Source: Fonticula alba ATCC 38817 (taxonomy: Eukaryota; Protista; Nucleariida). Taken from it: DNA of 47,440 nt. Positions 1 to 11,668 of this stretch are shown here, piece by piece. The stretch is from assembly GCA_000388065.2 (NCBI GenBank), contig KB932201.1. One strand, written 5' to 3'. The position numbers and the translations under genes are program-made. Each line of letters begins with the position of its first letter. Within the stretch, counting starts at the first letter, position 1. The notes below the pieces were generated by a model. That model saw only the letters and a list, made by a program, of their open reading frames with translations, was not told where the DNA came from and searched no databases.

Positions 1-617
1 CGCGCGGTTGTCGCCCCGCCCCGCCTTGAGACGCCCCCTCGGCTGTACGACCCAGGGGGAGGGGGCGGGGGGGTCTGTTGCCCATACTCGCGAGGACGAA
101 CCCGTCTGCTCGGGCCTTTCTCTCTCTTTCTCTCTCTCTCCCTCTCTCGACAAAGCCCCGCTTCCCGCGCGGCGGGGCCTCGGTCGACAGAGGTGGCGTC
201 CTCCATTCTGGGGTGCGGGGACCTGGCGCAGGTCCCAGATGCGGTGTGCTTCACAAAGTCTCCTGCGCTCCGGCTCCCGCCCCCCCCCCCCTCCGCCAGT
301 CCCCTGCGCAGCCGTTGGTGAAAGACCAAGGCGTTCTTCAAGACAACGTCCCTCGCCCCCAGCCCTGGGCGGTTGGGCCCACGAATTCCTCCCCCCCCCG
401 GAGGTGGGGCCCCGGGAGAGGCTTTCTTCCGAGAAGGCCCACCTGGCGACCATATCACCGCCCAGACCGGCCTTCCCCCAGCGCCAGCAACAGCACCCTA
501 TCTCCCCCTGGCCTGGTCCTGACGTCGGGGCCCCCTGCCCCGCCCCCCTCTGCCGAATACCGCCGGCGTGCCTGTCCCCCGCCCCCGTCATGCAGGGAAA
601 CACCGCTTACCACCACC

Positions 618-618
<1 letters not shown>

Positions 619-687
<69 letters not shown>
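619..687 (+). repeat. Poly-C homopolymer (69 nt)
   Basis: Read directly from the sequence. It is the longest of many C/G runs in the window. Confidence 0.95.
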
Positions 688-688
<1 letters not shown>

Positions 689-792
689 CGTAGAGTCTGG
701 TTGTTCTGCCCCGCCCGCCGCCACGAGCTCACGGGGTGCCCCCGATCGTCCATGCTCAAAAAGCAGATCTATTCCCCTTTGGTAGTCACGGC

Positions 793-3700
793 CTACGCAT
801 ACAAGCGTGACTCCAGGGCGCTCATCAGCTCCTACGGGGGCCGGGTGGCAAAAAAGATGCGCCGATCGCGGGCACGAAAATGCACGGCCGGGGAGAGAAC
901 GTTCACTCTGGTAAGTATATGCACTTGTGTGCAGGCATGTGCAGGCATGTGCGTGTGTGTGTGGTGTCGCCCTCGCCCTGAGTGAGATCGGGGAGGATGG
1001 CGTCTCATCGCCGGGACGGGGCAAAGAGAAAACCCATTGCACGCAGCCCCACACGACAGACACACAGCCCTCCCCGTGGTTGCACACTTCCCCCATGAGA
1101 TTGCCCGCAGGATACGCACCGCATAGGTGCTGGCCACCGCAGGAGCGCCGGCCCGCTCGAGTTCCGGCACCAGCAGGCGCTCGATACAGCGTTCCAGCTC
1201 GGCCGCCGGGATGTCCACCCCCCCGGTGATCAGGGCCGTCAGCCGGGGCACCACTGTCTGGCCAATCAGACGCCCACCGGCCGGGCTCAGGGGCAGGGCA
1301 GCCGGCACAGCCCCCGGCTCCCGGTGTGCCGAGCCCCCCTCCCGGAAGACCGGCAGGTCCAGCACCGCCGCCAGGTCCGGCAACAGCCGGAAGGAGTTGC
1401 CCGGGGCCGACGCACCGTCCGGAGCACGGGCCACGGACTGGGTGCCCGCTTCGATTGGGTCGACCTCCATGGCATCGGCGGCCGCGGCGATGACCGCCGC
1501 CCCCGGGGCCGGCTCCTCGTCCTCTACCGCCGTCGCCGCCGCCGCCGCCGCCGCCAGGCGCGCCCACTCGCCGGTCGTGTCCAGCGGATTCCAGCGGAGG
1601 AGAGCCACGCGCACCAGCGGGGCAAACAGGCGATCCAGCGACTCGCGCGCGTACGCGGCCTCATAGCTTTCCGGGCTCTGTGAGCGCCAGGCCTCCAAGC
1701 GTACGCCCAACAGACGCACATCGGCGAATTCCGCCGGCACGTTCCGCAGGAGTTGCGGCCCAGCCCGCGCGGCTACCGCCTGCCACCGTGGCCAGGCCGC
1801 GGTCGGATCGCCGCCGTCCGCCGGCTGCTGCTGTTGCCGCTGCTCGACCAGATCTCGGGCCAGGGCGTCGGCGGCCTCGCGCTCAGCACGCTCAAGCGGC
1901 TCACGCAGCGCGGCCATCCGATCGCCCAGATCGTCCAGATACCGACGAAGCCCCTGGTGGAAGAGGTAGCGCGAGCGCGCCGTCTGAAGCTTCTCCCCAC
2001 CGAGGGTGATTTGCGCTTCATCCTGCTCGATCTGCCGCTCAGCTTCGGCCAGGCGGCGGTCATTGGTCTCGGTCTGCCGTAGTGCCAGGCATGCATGCAC
2101 ACATTGTGCATATGCATGGGTGTGTCAGTACAGCGTGATATATGGCAGGGAGTCAAAGGAGGAGCGGGGGGAAACCCCCCCCCCCAAGGCGGAGGGGAAC
2201 CACCACATGGGGCGGGCTCCATACCTGTGCGGCCATGCGCGAGGCCAGATGCTCCAGCCGGAGGGTGACATTGCGCAAGGACGGGGCTGTCGGCAGATCC
2301 GGCGCTTCGAGGGGCCCATCAGACGAGAAGGCCCTGTGCAGCGAAGAGGTCGAGCTTGATTCTGCATGGCGGGATGATGAATAGACGTTCGCCCGGAGAC
2401 GGTCGAGGCCATTCGGGTCAGTTCCAACACCACTGCCACCATGCGGAGGAGGGAGGGAGGAAGGAGGAGCAGGGAAAGTACGAGCGCAAAAAGAGCCAGC
2501 GCGCGGGAGCACAGCCATCAAAGGGCGTACCATTGAGGAAGACCACATCCACCGGAGCTCGATCACTCCCGGGAAGGACCGTACGGCGTTGGGACGCCAG
2601 GTCGCGCCGGGCACGCGCCAGCAGGCTGGCATCGGTCGGTCCCTGCATGTCGGCATGCGAGCCCACCCGCGCCACCTGCCCGGCGGCGTCCACAAACACC
2701 GCCCGGGCACGGACACCTCGCGTGACCAGCTCCGCCTCCCATTGTGAGAGGGTCGCCTCTTCATCATCATCATCCTCCTCAGCCACATCGGCGACCATGG
2801 CGGCCGGCGAGTCGGGGCCTGCGTCGGCTCGGGCGCCGGCTCCCGGGGGGGCCATGCTCCGGCGCATGTCGACCAGCAGCTGACTCCGGCGCGCGGCGGC
2901 ATGATCCCCGCCCGAGCGTCCGGATGTGAATTCCTCCTCCAGCAGGTCAACCTCGCCATCGGGGTCGTCCTGGCGCGGGCGCCGGCGCCGACCGGCCGCC
3001 TCACTGCCACCCGGGGGCCCGACATCCGCCACATCCACCTCCATGGCATCATAGTCGCTGCCGGCGCCACCGCGGCGACGCGACAAGGGAATGAAGTCCG
3101 GCGCCGGCGAGCGATACCGATCGCCACCTGGGCCGTCGTCATCCGTGTCATCGTCCGAGTGTAGGCCACCATGCGAGCGGGCCTGCCGGCGGGCGGCCAG
3201 ACGCGCGCGCGCCTGCGCCTCCTGCCGCGCAAGGGATTCCTCCTTCCAAGCCCGGATGGTCGCCTCATCGGGCACATAGATCGGTGTGACACCGCTGGCC
3301 GGGCCGTCGGCCATGCTGCCAGCCTCGCCCTCATCCTCGTCCTCCAGGACCGACACAATCTCCGGCCGGGACTCGCCAGCCAGGAAAAGCGACGGCGTGG
3401 AGGCCTTCAGCTGGGCCAGCGCCGCGGCGCTGTAGTCCCGAGAGGGGCCGACCAGAGTCGGGCCCTGTCCAGCCGCCGGGCCTTCTGTCACACGGGGATT
3501 CACCAGTGACCCACCACGCGACCGACCAGCACCGAGAGACCCGGAAAAACGCGACGGCCCACGGCCGGACTGTAGCACCCGGGGCCGAGGTGGGGATGGG
3601 GATGGGGGGAGGGGGGAGGGGGGGGGGGCGGGGCGGGGCAGATGCCAGGGCAAAGGTGGGGAGCGGGAAATGTGCGACAAAGAAAGAGCCGGTGTCAGAG

Positions 3701-4425
3701 TGCATGCAGGTTCGGGATGCCCGATCGGCCGCCAGGCAGGAGAGAGAGAGAGAGAAAGAGGGAGAGAGAGAGAGGGAAAAAGAGGGAGAGAGAGAGAGAG
3801 ATAACGCACCTGAACACTCGAGGTGCCGCCAGAGCGCCTCCACAGAGGGCCAGTGTCCGTGCCACCGGGGCCAGTCCGCGGCCCGGGGCCCGGCACAAAG
3901 TCCTCCTCGCCCTCCTCCTCGCCAAAGGAGAGCTTGGCAGCCGGGGCAGCCGGGCGCGATCGGGCCACTCGCGATCGGGGCGGCGGCGCGGCCACACCGA
4001 CATCCGACGGATCGGCATCAGGGTCAAGATCAGCGAGGGCCGGACGCGGGGCCGCTCGTGTGCGACTTCCGCGCGACCGAAAGAGCGACGCCCTCTCGGT
4101 AGGTGGGCTGCTGCCGGCGGTCGCCGCCCCGGTGTCAGTGGTCACCGCGCTCGAAATCGAAGGCAGAGAGGTGCCCTGCTTGTTGGGGCAAAATGTTGTG
4201 TGAGTGGGATCCAGAAGTGGCAAAGTGCCGCGTCTGTGCGTGTGCGTGTGCATGCGTGTGTGTGTGTGTGTGTGTGTGTGCGGGTATGTATGCGCGGAGG
4301 TGCATATACATGGCACGCACCATCGAGGTATCACCTTCCTCCGGGTCGTCTGGCTCCAGGGCAAGGGGACGCCGGCGCTCGGCCATGCGGCGCGCCTGCG
4401 AGGCCCGAGTAGACGAGAAGGACAT
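793..4425 (-). CDS. PAXBP1: GC-rich sequence DNA-binding factor family protein (PAXBP1/GCFC2/Ntr2-like; GCFC domain; spliceosome disassembly associated)
   Basis: Hand-spliced model: 4425-4321, 4175-3810, 3569-2531, 2361-2225, 2073-1120, 831-793 (879 aa). All introns are GT..AG with compatible phases. The C-terminal half has a coiled coil followed by YEAAYARESLDRLFAPLVRVALLRWNPLD, which matches the GCFC-domain motif from memory. The 3' end is ambiguous: an alternative uses the donor at 1087 and the acceptor before 907. Orthology to PAXBP1 versus GCFC2 is not resolved. Confidence 0.8.
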
Positions 4426-4952
4426 GAGCCGCGCGACTGGGCACGTCCGATGTGGGAGGGCACGGACGCGTGGGACAGAGAGAAAAAGGGGAAGAGTAAA
4501 AAAGTGGGGACAAAGTGGTCGGAGGAGGGGCCAAGGGCATGCTGTGTGTTGTGGTGGCTTGGGAGAGGGGTTGCGGGGGGTTTCACACCAGCGCGTTTTC
4601 GGGCTCCTCCACGCGATCCCCCCTCGCCCGCCTTCCTTCGCTCTCACCCCTCCTGCCGGACGGATGGCGACCCGAACCGGGTGCGATCCGTGGGCACAGC
4701 AGGTGGCTGTCATCATGTGCACCGTGTCACGTATCGGGTGCTCCGTGCTAATATGCCAACGTTTCCCCCTTTAAAATGGACCCAGTCCCGGACTGGAAGG
4801 GGGACACTGCGCCGCTAGATTGCATCATCCCTCTCGCCCCCCTCGTCCGCTGTTGCCTCCCCCGCTCCTTGCCTCCCCACCTTTCTTCCCTCCTCTCGAG
4901 GCACTTGTTTGCGCTCCTTCCCCCGTTCTATCCTCCCCACCGCACTCGAGCC
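4426..4952. promoter_or_regulatory. Putative bidirectional promoter between the PAXBP1-like gene and WDR61
   Basis: Head-to-head start codons are only 527 bp apart. No specific cis element identified. Confidence 0.45.
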
Positions 4953-6812
4953 ATGGTACGCCATGCGTCATCCTGCACCCAACTGCATCTCTAGTCGCCC
5001 TTAGCCTCAGCTGGTTGCCTCTTTTGCTGGCGCACAACCATGCAGGCATTCTGACCCCCCGTCCTCCCTTTGTCTGCGGCTCCTGTCCATTCAACCGCGG
5101 GGTGCATGGCCAGTTCACCACACTCAGCAAGGTGCAAAACGGTACGCCTCCCCCTCCCTCCGCCTGCTCCCTGCCTTGTTGTACCCCCCCCACACACACA
5201 CATACACACACGCACACACACACGCACATCTTCTCTGCGTGTCCGCCAGGTGCCGGTCGCTTTCTAACCCCTCCGTGTGTTCGCACACTTGTGCCCGTTT
5301 CTGCAGCGCACAAGGGGCCGATCTGGTCTTGCACATGGGTTCCGGCCCAAGCCGCCACCCTGCCCTCCTTTGTGGCCACCGGCTCCGTCGACGAGACGGT
5401 TTCTCTGTGGTTCGTACTGCCCCCTCTTCGCCCCCCCCCCCCCCCCCCTCCATCTTTCATTCTCATGGGCGGCCCCACCACCTGACATCCATCCCGGTCC
5501 TGCAACTGTCTACACACATACATGACAGGGACCCGGAGTCCTTCAACAAAGTGCACGATGCCAAGACCCGCTCGGCTGGCGGGCTGGCCATCAACTCGAT
5601 TGTCGCCTCGGCTGATGGGAAACGTCCGTCACTCCCTTCCTGCGCCCTTTGCCCGCCCTTGCCATTGCCATCGGTTGATTCTGACACCGCCACAATCGCC
5701 CCCATTCAGGCATCATCACCTCCTCTCTGGATAATCAGATCACCGTCCTCTCGGTGGGAGGCGCCACCGCCACTCTCGAGTCCAATGGTGACAGCCTGGT
5801 CGACGAGGCGGCCTCCAAGCAGAAGGACGACTCCACTCCGGCCGTGCGGAAGTCCGCGCAGGGAGACTACACCGTGGCCCTGACGGCGACTCATAAGATT
5901 GCCGCCGGCCCGGCCGAGTCCTGGACCGTCTGCCTGTCCCCGTGCGGGACGCAGATTGCCTCCGGCACGCCTGCCGGGAATGTCAACATTTGGCAGATCC
6001 CCCCGGCCGGGGCCCCGGGGAGTGTGGTCGAGATCACCGACAAGCGCACCATCAATGTGTCCAACCGGCTGGTGCTCTCGGTTGCCTGGAGCTCGGATGG
6101 CACCCTCATCGCCGCTGGCATGGAGAATGGCTCGATTGCTCTGTACAACATCGAGCGCGGCCAGCCTCTGCCCACGATCAATGGTACGCCAACGCACCGG
6201 GAACATCCATGGCCACGCTGCTGCATGTACTGATCCCCGGCCCCTGTCCTTCCTGGTCCTCCTCTCCCTTCGTTTGCTTCCTGAACAGACGCCCACTCGG
6301 GCCCTGTCCGCACGGTGGCCTTCTCGCCGGACAGCAGCACCCTCCTCACAGGCTCCGATGATGGGACCCTTGTTTTGCATGACGTGTGCGTACCTCGCTG
6401 CCCTCTCGACTGACATCACCCCCCTCTCGTCGCACTCACTCTTTCTCTCTTGTTGTCGCCCCTCCCCCCCCCCCCCTCCCCCCCCAGCAACGTCGGCTCC
6501 AAGATCTCCACTTTCACCGGACACACCTCGTGGGTGCTGTCGGCGGCCTTCCAGCCGCACACCGACACCATCAAGTCGCCGAACCAGTTCATCAGCTCCA
6601 GCGCCGACGGATCGGTGCGCGTGTGGGACGCCCAGGGGAGCTCGCTCCACGTGTCGAACACCGCTTCCAAGAACACCGATTCCGGTGGCTGCCTCTTTTC
6701 CTTCAAGGAGCACACTGACCAGGTGTGGGCCGTTTCCTGGGACCCGACCACTTGCCGTCGGGCCGTCAGCGTCGGTGACGATGGTGCCATTGTCTTCTAC
6801 AAGATCAACTAA
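4953..6812 (+). CDS. WDR61: WD40-repeat protein WDR61/Ski8/Rec14 (SKI and PAF1 complex subunit)
   Basis: Exons 4953-4955, 5114-5141, 5307-5409, 5529-5623, 5710-6183, 6289-6385, 6488-6812 (374 aa). AHKGPIWSCTW, TGSVDETVSLW, AGPAESWTVCLSP, AHSGPVRTVAFSPDSSTLLTGSDDG, GHTSWVLSAAF and EHTDQVWAVSW...VSVGDDG follow the WDR61 repeats in order. The first two exons are the least certain. Confidence 0.9.
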
Positions 6813-7120
6813 GCCGCGACGAGGGAGTTGGATGCCCTTACACCATTCCGCTTTCCTTCCCTACACCCCCGTCCCCACGGCCGCTGTCATGCCTGCCCCC
6901 CCCCCCACCCTTCTCGCGTCCCCTTCCCATCTCTTGTGGGCTCCAACCGGGCGAGTGGACAAAAAAAAGAGGTCTCCAAACATCGTTTGCCCGGATGTCG
7001 TGTTCTTGCACAGGGGGGAATAGTCTCCCCCCCCCCTCTCTCTCTCTCTCTCACACACACACACCCTCTGATCGTGCCCATGCCCCCAGGAGGGACCTCT
7101 CTCTCGGGTTGGGGAAAGTA

Positions 7121-7126
7121 AATAAA
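7121..7126 (+). terminator. Possible polyadenylation signal of WDR61
   Basis: AATAAA lies about 310 nt downstream of the WDR61 stop in the convergent intergenic region. Its use is unproven. Confidence 0.25.
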
Positions 7127-7220
7127 AGAAAAGAAGAAGCCCCCTCCCCCGATCAACAGCCCCATATCTAAGTGTGTGTATTGTCGGCCAATGCCGCCTC
7201 CCTGTGGCACATGCGCACCA

Positions 7221-10200
7221 TTAGGTGCCCAAATCGTCCCAGTCCTCCTCATTCGGGTTCTGCCGAGACACCGGGGGCGAGCCACCCGGCGGCGGGGGAT
7301 GTCGCGTGGCGGCCCCCTGCGACTGTCGCGTCAACTGGTGCGACTGCATTGCCTGGAAGCTTTCCACTAGGTACTCATAGTGCGGGTCATGGGTTGTCGA
7401 TGACCGGGAGGGCATTTGGAGGGAGTAGCCCGACGGCCTGGCATCCAACCCCAGGGTGTCTGGCGGATGGGCGCTGATGCCGAACAGGTCGTCCAGCGAG
7501 CCCGGTCGGCCGGCACCTGGGCCGAAGCCCGCCTCGCCGGCCTCCTCCTCCTCCTCCTCCTCATCGTCCAGGTCCAGGATGAGCGATTCGTCGACCTGGT
7601 GCTCGGGTGGCAGGTACCCGCTCGGATTGGCCCCATGGTCGGGGTATGCGCCATCGGTCCCTGGCCGCAGGGACAGCGAGCCAAGCATGGCCGAAAACCG
7701 GGCCAGGCCGTCGACAATTTGCCGGGGGTTGCCCGGACCGGCCGCCGAGCCCCCGCCAGCGCCACCAGGCTGTGTGCCCCCCCCCAGGCTGGCCCCCCCT
7801 GGTGAGGCGACCGAATGGTACAATCGACTGGCCAAGGAATTGAGCCCCCGGGCAAGGGAATTGTCCTCCCCGTGGCTGGCCGGCAGCGGGGTGTACTTCA
7901 CAGCCGGCGTGGTCTCATCTGCCACGAGGACATCTAATGAGGGCACATCAAAGAGGACCCCGCCCGAGCAGGAGGAGTCGCTGTCGGACCCCGGGTTCAG
8001 CGATGCGCCTGGGGCATCGGCTGGCCGGCCAGGACCCAATGGGGGCGACCCCGGTGCCGAGGAGGCGGACCCCGACATGAGAGGCGATCCCTGGGCCGAG
8101 TAAAGCAAACTGCCGGAGCTGTGTGGCGATGATCCGGTCGGACCCTCGGGCAGGAGGCTCGCGACATCCGGCTGGCGATCGACAGAGAACAGCCTCCCTC
8201 CGACCGAGGCCAGGCCCCGGGCGAGCGAGTCGCCGGAGCGCGAGGCACGCCAGCTGCTGCTGCTGCTGCTGCCGCCGCCGCCGTGGTTGACGGACGAGGT
8301 GCCGGTGCCACCGGGCGAGGTGGCGGCCAAGGCGCGCTCCTCCTCCGGCGGGATGTCGATCGATGCCGAGATGTACGACCAGGTGGAGGTAACGGGCCCG
8401 GTGGACTCGTCAAAAAAGATGTAATCCACCGGTGGCGGGTGTAGCGGATTGCGGAAGTCCAGCATGGCACATTCCCCCAGCTCCGGCATCTGGAGGGACC
8501 CTCCGCGGACGACTGTCCGGAATGGAAGTCTTAGAAAAGGGACCGACAGAGGGAGAGGGAGATCGGGTCAGCGCAACATGAAGTGGGGACTCACCAATAG
8601 CCAGGCATTCAGCCTCTGTTCCCTTTGGCGGCCTCATGTGTATGTTTATACATGCATGCATGCATGAATGTATGTATGTATATATATATATGTGTGTGTG
8701 TGTGTGCGAGGGCGCGCGTGCGTATGTGCCGGTGCGAATGCCCAAATGTGCATGTGCATGTGTGTGTGGACGTACAGACCAAGCTTCAGCTCGCCAAGGA
8801 TGCGGAAGAGGACCAGGAGGCCGGCACGGCGCTCGTCAATGCGGCACGTATCCGCCAGAAAAGGCGGATAAATGTGGTCCACGGCAGCCTGCTCGACGCC
8901 GAGATCAGCCCCCCGGGCCAGGGAGTACTCTTGGCCCTGGATAATCAGCGGTCGCCGAAGCGCCAGGCTCAGGGCCGCACATGCATGGTTGAAGCGGCCA
9001 AAGGCCGCGTGAATGCCCGCGGAGTCGATGGCGAAGTTCCGTGCGGCCGGATCGAAGGCAATCCACTGGAGGTCACTCGGCGAGGCCAGGCTCCTGACAA
9101 TGCTCACCGGCAGCCCAGTCGTGTCGACCACCAGAAGGCTATACAGCAGTCGAAGCAGGTGGGTCCCGGATTGGAGCATGTACACAAGATCCGAAGCCAT
9201 GAGGCCTGGCGTGGCAAGTCAAAGCAGGCGGACAACTGTGTCAGGGGGGGGAGGGGGGGGGGGGGCGACAGGTGTTGTGTGTCCTGAGGGGGGGAATCCA
9301 TATACGCTCATGGATATGCATGTGCCTTTGTGGGTGGGTACTTGAAAAAGGAGCCGGGGCAGGCGAGTGGAAGCGCTGCCGGGCTATTCTCCTCCACGCC
9401 ACTCAACAAAGAAGCAAGGCAGGGGGCGGGGGGGAGGGGGGGGGGGGGGGGGAGGGAGGATGGCACGGCATATTCAACATACCGGAAATGTCGCCATCGA
9501 TGCGGACAAAGCACTTGTGTAGGAATACCGCGCCGGGATTTCCCGGCGAGGAGTGGTGCTTCAGGGGGAAGAGGTCGTGCAATTCGGCCGCCAGGCGAGC
9601 GCGTTGGGTCTGAAGAAGTGCCAGGGTCTCGGTGTCGGGCGCTGGGGCCGGTCGGGGACCGGGGGCGGCAAGCAGCAGCTCGGCAGCCGCCAAGCTGTGC
9701 CGGCGCTGGCGCAAGGCCCCCACCCGATCTCGGAGGCGCTGCTTTTCCTGGCGCACGGCCTCAGCTCGCCGGGCCAGGTTCTGGCGCAGATGGTGCACCG
9801 AAGTTAAGGCAGCCTGGATGGCTTGATCCTGGAGGAGGACACGCCCAAGCGGTTCGCCGGCCAGCCAGCGGACCTGCGCCGGGTAGTCCGGCACCGGGAG
9901 GCGGCACTTGGGTTCGCATCGACTGGGCCCCATGAACCCGGCGGTGTACTGGTCGAATGTGAACACCGGCTCCGGGAACTGGCAGAAGGACAAAATGAGC
10001 GGGGCTAGGGAGGATGGGGGACCTCCACGGGCGGGAAGTTGCGCGCCAGCCGCCGCCGCCAGGACTCCCTCCTGCTTGGCGTCGAAATTGCCGAAGCCAC
10101 GAGCAATGATACAGATGGCCTGCCGCCGCTGCTCATTCAATGCGTCTTCGCTGGATCGCACAAGCCGGTAGCTGGGGCGTGCCCCGGGGACATGCAGAGG

Positions 10201-10697
10201 AGGATGTGTGTGAGCGTGTGTGAGCGTGTGTGTGTGTGTGTGTGTATGGGTATGCATGCGCGCTTGGACGGGGGAGAGAGGCAGAGAGAGGGCCAGGGGC
10301 TCGCAGTGCGCAGGCGATAGGAGCATATGCCAGAGAAAAACAACAACTAGCCAGCGGTCATGTACCTGTGAAAGAGGCAGCCGGAGCAAATGGACTTGAC
10401 CGTGGTCAGGTCATTCGCGCAGAGAGGGAAGAAGGAGCAGGGGATCCGAATCCCCTCTCTCCCAGTGGCTGCCGGGGGAGGAATGTACACCAGGGCACTG
10501 GAGGAAGACCGTAGTGACGGCTGGCGCCGAAGGCCGGGGCTCGACCCATGAGGAGGTCCAGGGACTGTCTGTCGCGGGGGGCTAGCGCGGCCGGGGCCCT
10601 CGGAGCGAGTGGGCGAGAGAGGAGGCCCAGGGATGCCGGCACCTGCGGGCAAATCAGCGACCAATGGCGCTTGAATGGGCATGCCTTGCGAAGTCAT
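7221..10697 (-). CDS. Atg14/UVRAG(Vps38)-family class III PI3K complex subunit, most like ATG14
   Basis: Exons 10697-10366, 10171-9483, 9205-8776, 8529-7221 (919 aa). The N-terminal C-x5-C-x10-C-x2-C cluster resembles the ATG14 cysteine repeat. A long coiled coil (LRQNLARRAEAVRQEKQRLRDRV...RARLAAELHDLFPL) is followed by IHAAFGRFNHACAALSLALRRPL and HIYPPFL...RRAGLLVLFRIL, which resemble the PF10186 core. The start codon and a possible extra small exon near 8595-8632 are uncertain. Confidence 0.7.
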
Positions 10698-11217
10698 GGA
10701 GGGTGTGTTGAAGGCCCGGGGGTCTGCCGGAGAGATGAAGACAGGACCCGGAGGAGAGAGAAAGCGGCGGAGGGGGAGGGCAAAAAAGTTAGAGGCCCGG
10801 ATCACGGACATGGTGATCAGCCAAGCCAGGCCCGGCAGCCGGGGGACCCCATACCATGAAGCAGATCGCCGACCACCCACTGGGCGTCATCAGATCGGCC
10901 GCTGGGCGCGTGGGCCTGCGTGTTTATGTTTCTGCGGGGAGGCCGGGCCGGCGCGCGGCCTCCCCAACGGCACGGGCGGGAGATTAAGCAGGCGACGCTG
11001 GGACAAAGAGGGGGGATGTGCGCGGGCGGTGGCCGGCGGAGGATGCACGGGCGCCGCGGGGCCCGGCGAGGGCTGGCGGTCGAGGTAGAGCTAAAGAGCG
11101 GAGGGGGGAGCGGCGGAACGGAGAGGGCCGAGGAAACAGTGGAAGTGGTGGTGGTGGTGGGCGAGGCGAGCGGAGGGGGCGGCAGCGGGGCGCAAGTTGG
11201 GGGAATGGGGGGGGGGG

Positions 11218-11310
11218 NNNNNNNNNNNNNNNNNNNNNNNNNNNNNNNNNNNNNNNNNNNNNNNNNNNNNNNNNNNNNNNNNNNNNNNNNNNNNNNNNNN
11301 NNNNNNNNNN
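11218..11310. other. Assembly gap (93 N)
   Basis: Run of N directly after a poly-G tract. Confidence 1.
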
Positions 11311-11637
11311 GTGGCGCCTCTTCGGGAGCCGAGTCGGTGCCCGGGGGGCTGGATCCCTGGTCGCCCCCCCCCCCCCCCCCTGAGCGGCCTGGCTCGAGTC
11401 CCCTTGTTGTTCCTGCGGTCCGCCGCCCGCCGGACCCCACGGGTGTATGCCGACATTTTTGACAGACGCGCCACCTTCGCGAGTCTTGTGCCTCCGTCGC
11501 CACCACCAACTTGGCCGGGTGCGGGGGGGGGGGGGGGGGCTATCCTGCGGAGTATGCACCGCTAAGCCGAGGTTGTTTTCTCTGCCCGCCCGATCCCCCT
11601 GGCACCTCCCAGGGGGGGGGATGCGAGGGGAGGCCAG

Positions 11638-11668
<31 letters not shown>

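Noticed and set aside
8-985. Plus-strand poly-Pro ORFs (8..985, 78..785)
   Set aside because: They arise from the 69-nt C run and GC-rich sequence, overlap the 3' end of the PAXBP1-like gene, and have no recognisable motif.
9980-10022. Possible short intron inside the Atg14-like coiled-coil exon
   Set aside because: The obvious GT and CAG sites are out of phase and would cause a premature stop. The frame is open without splicing.
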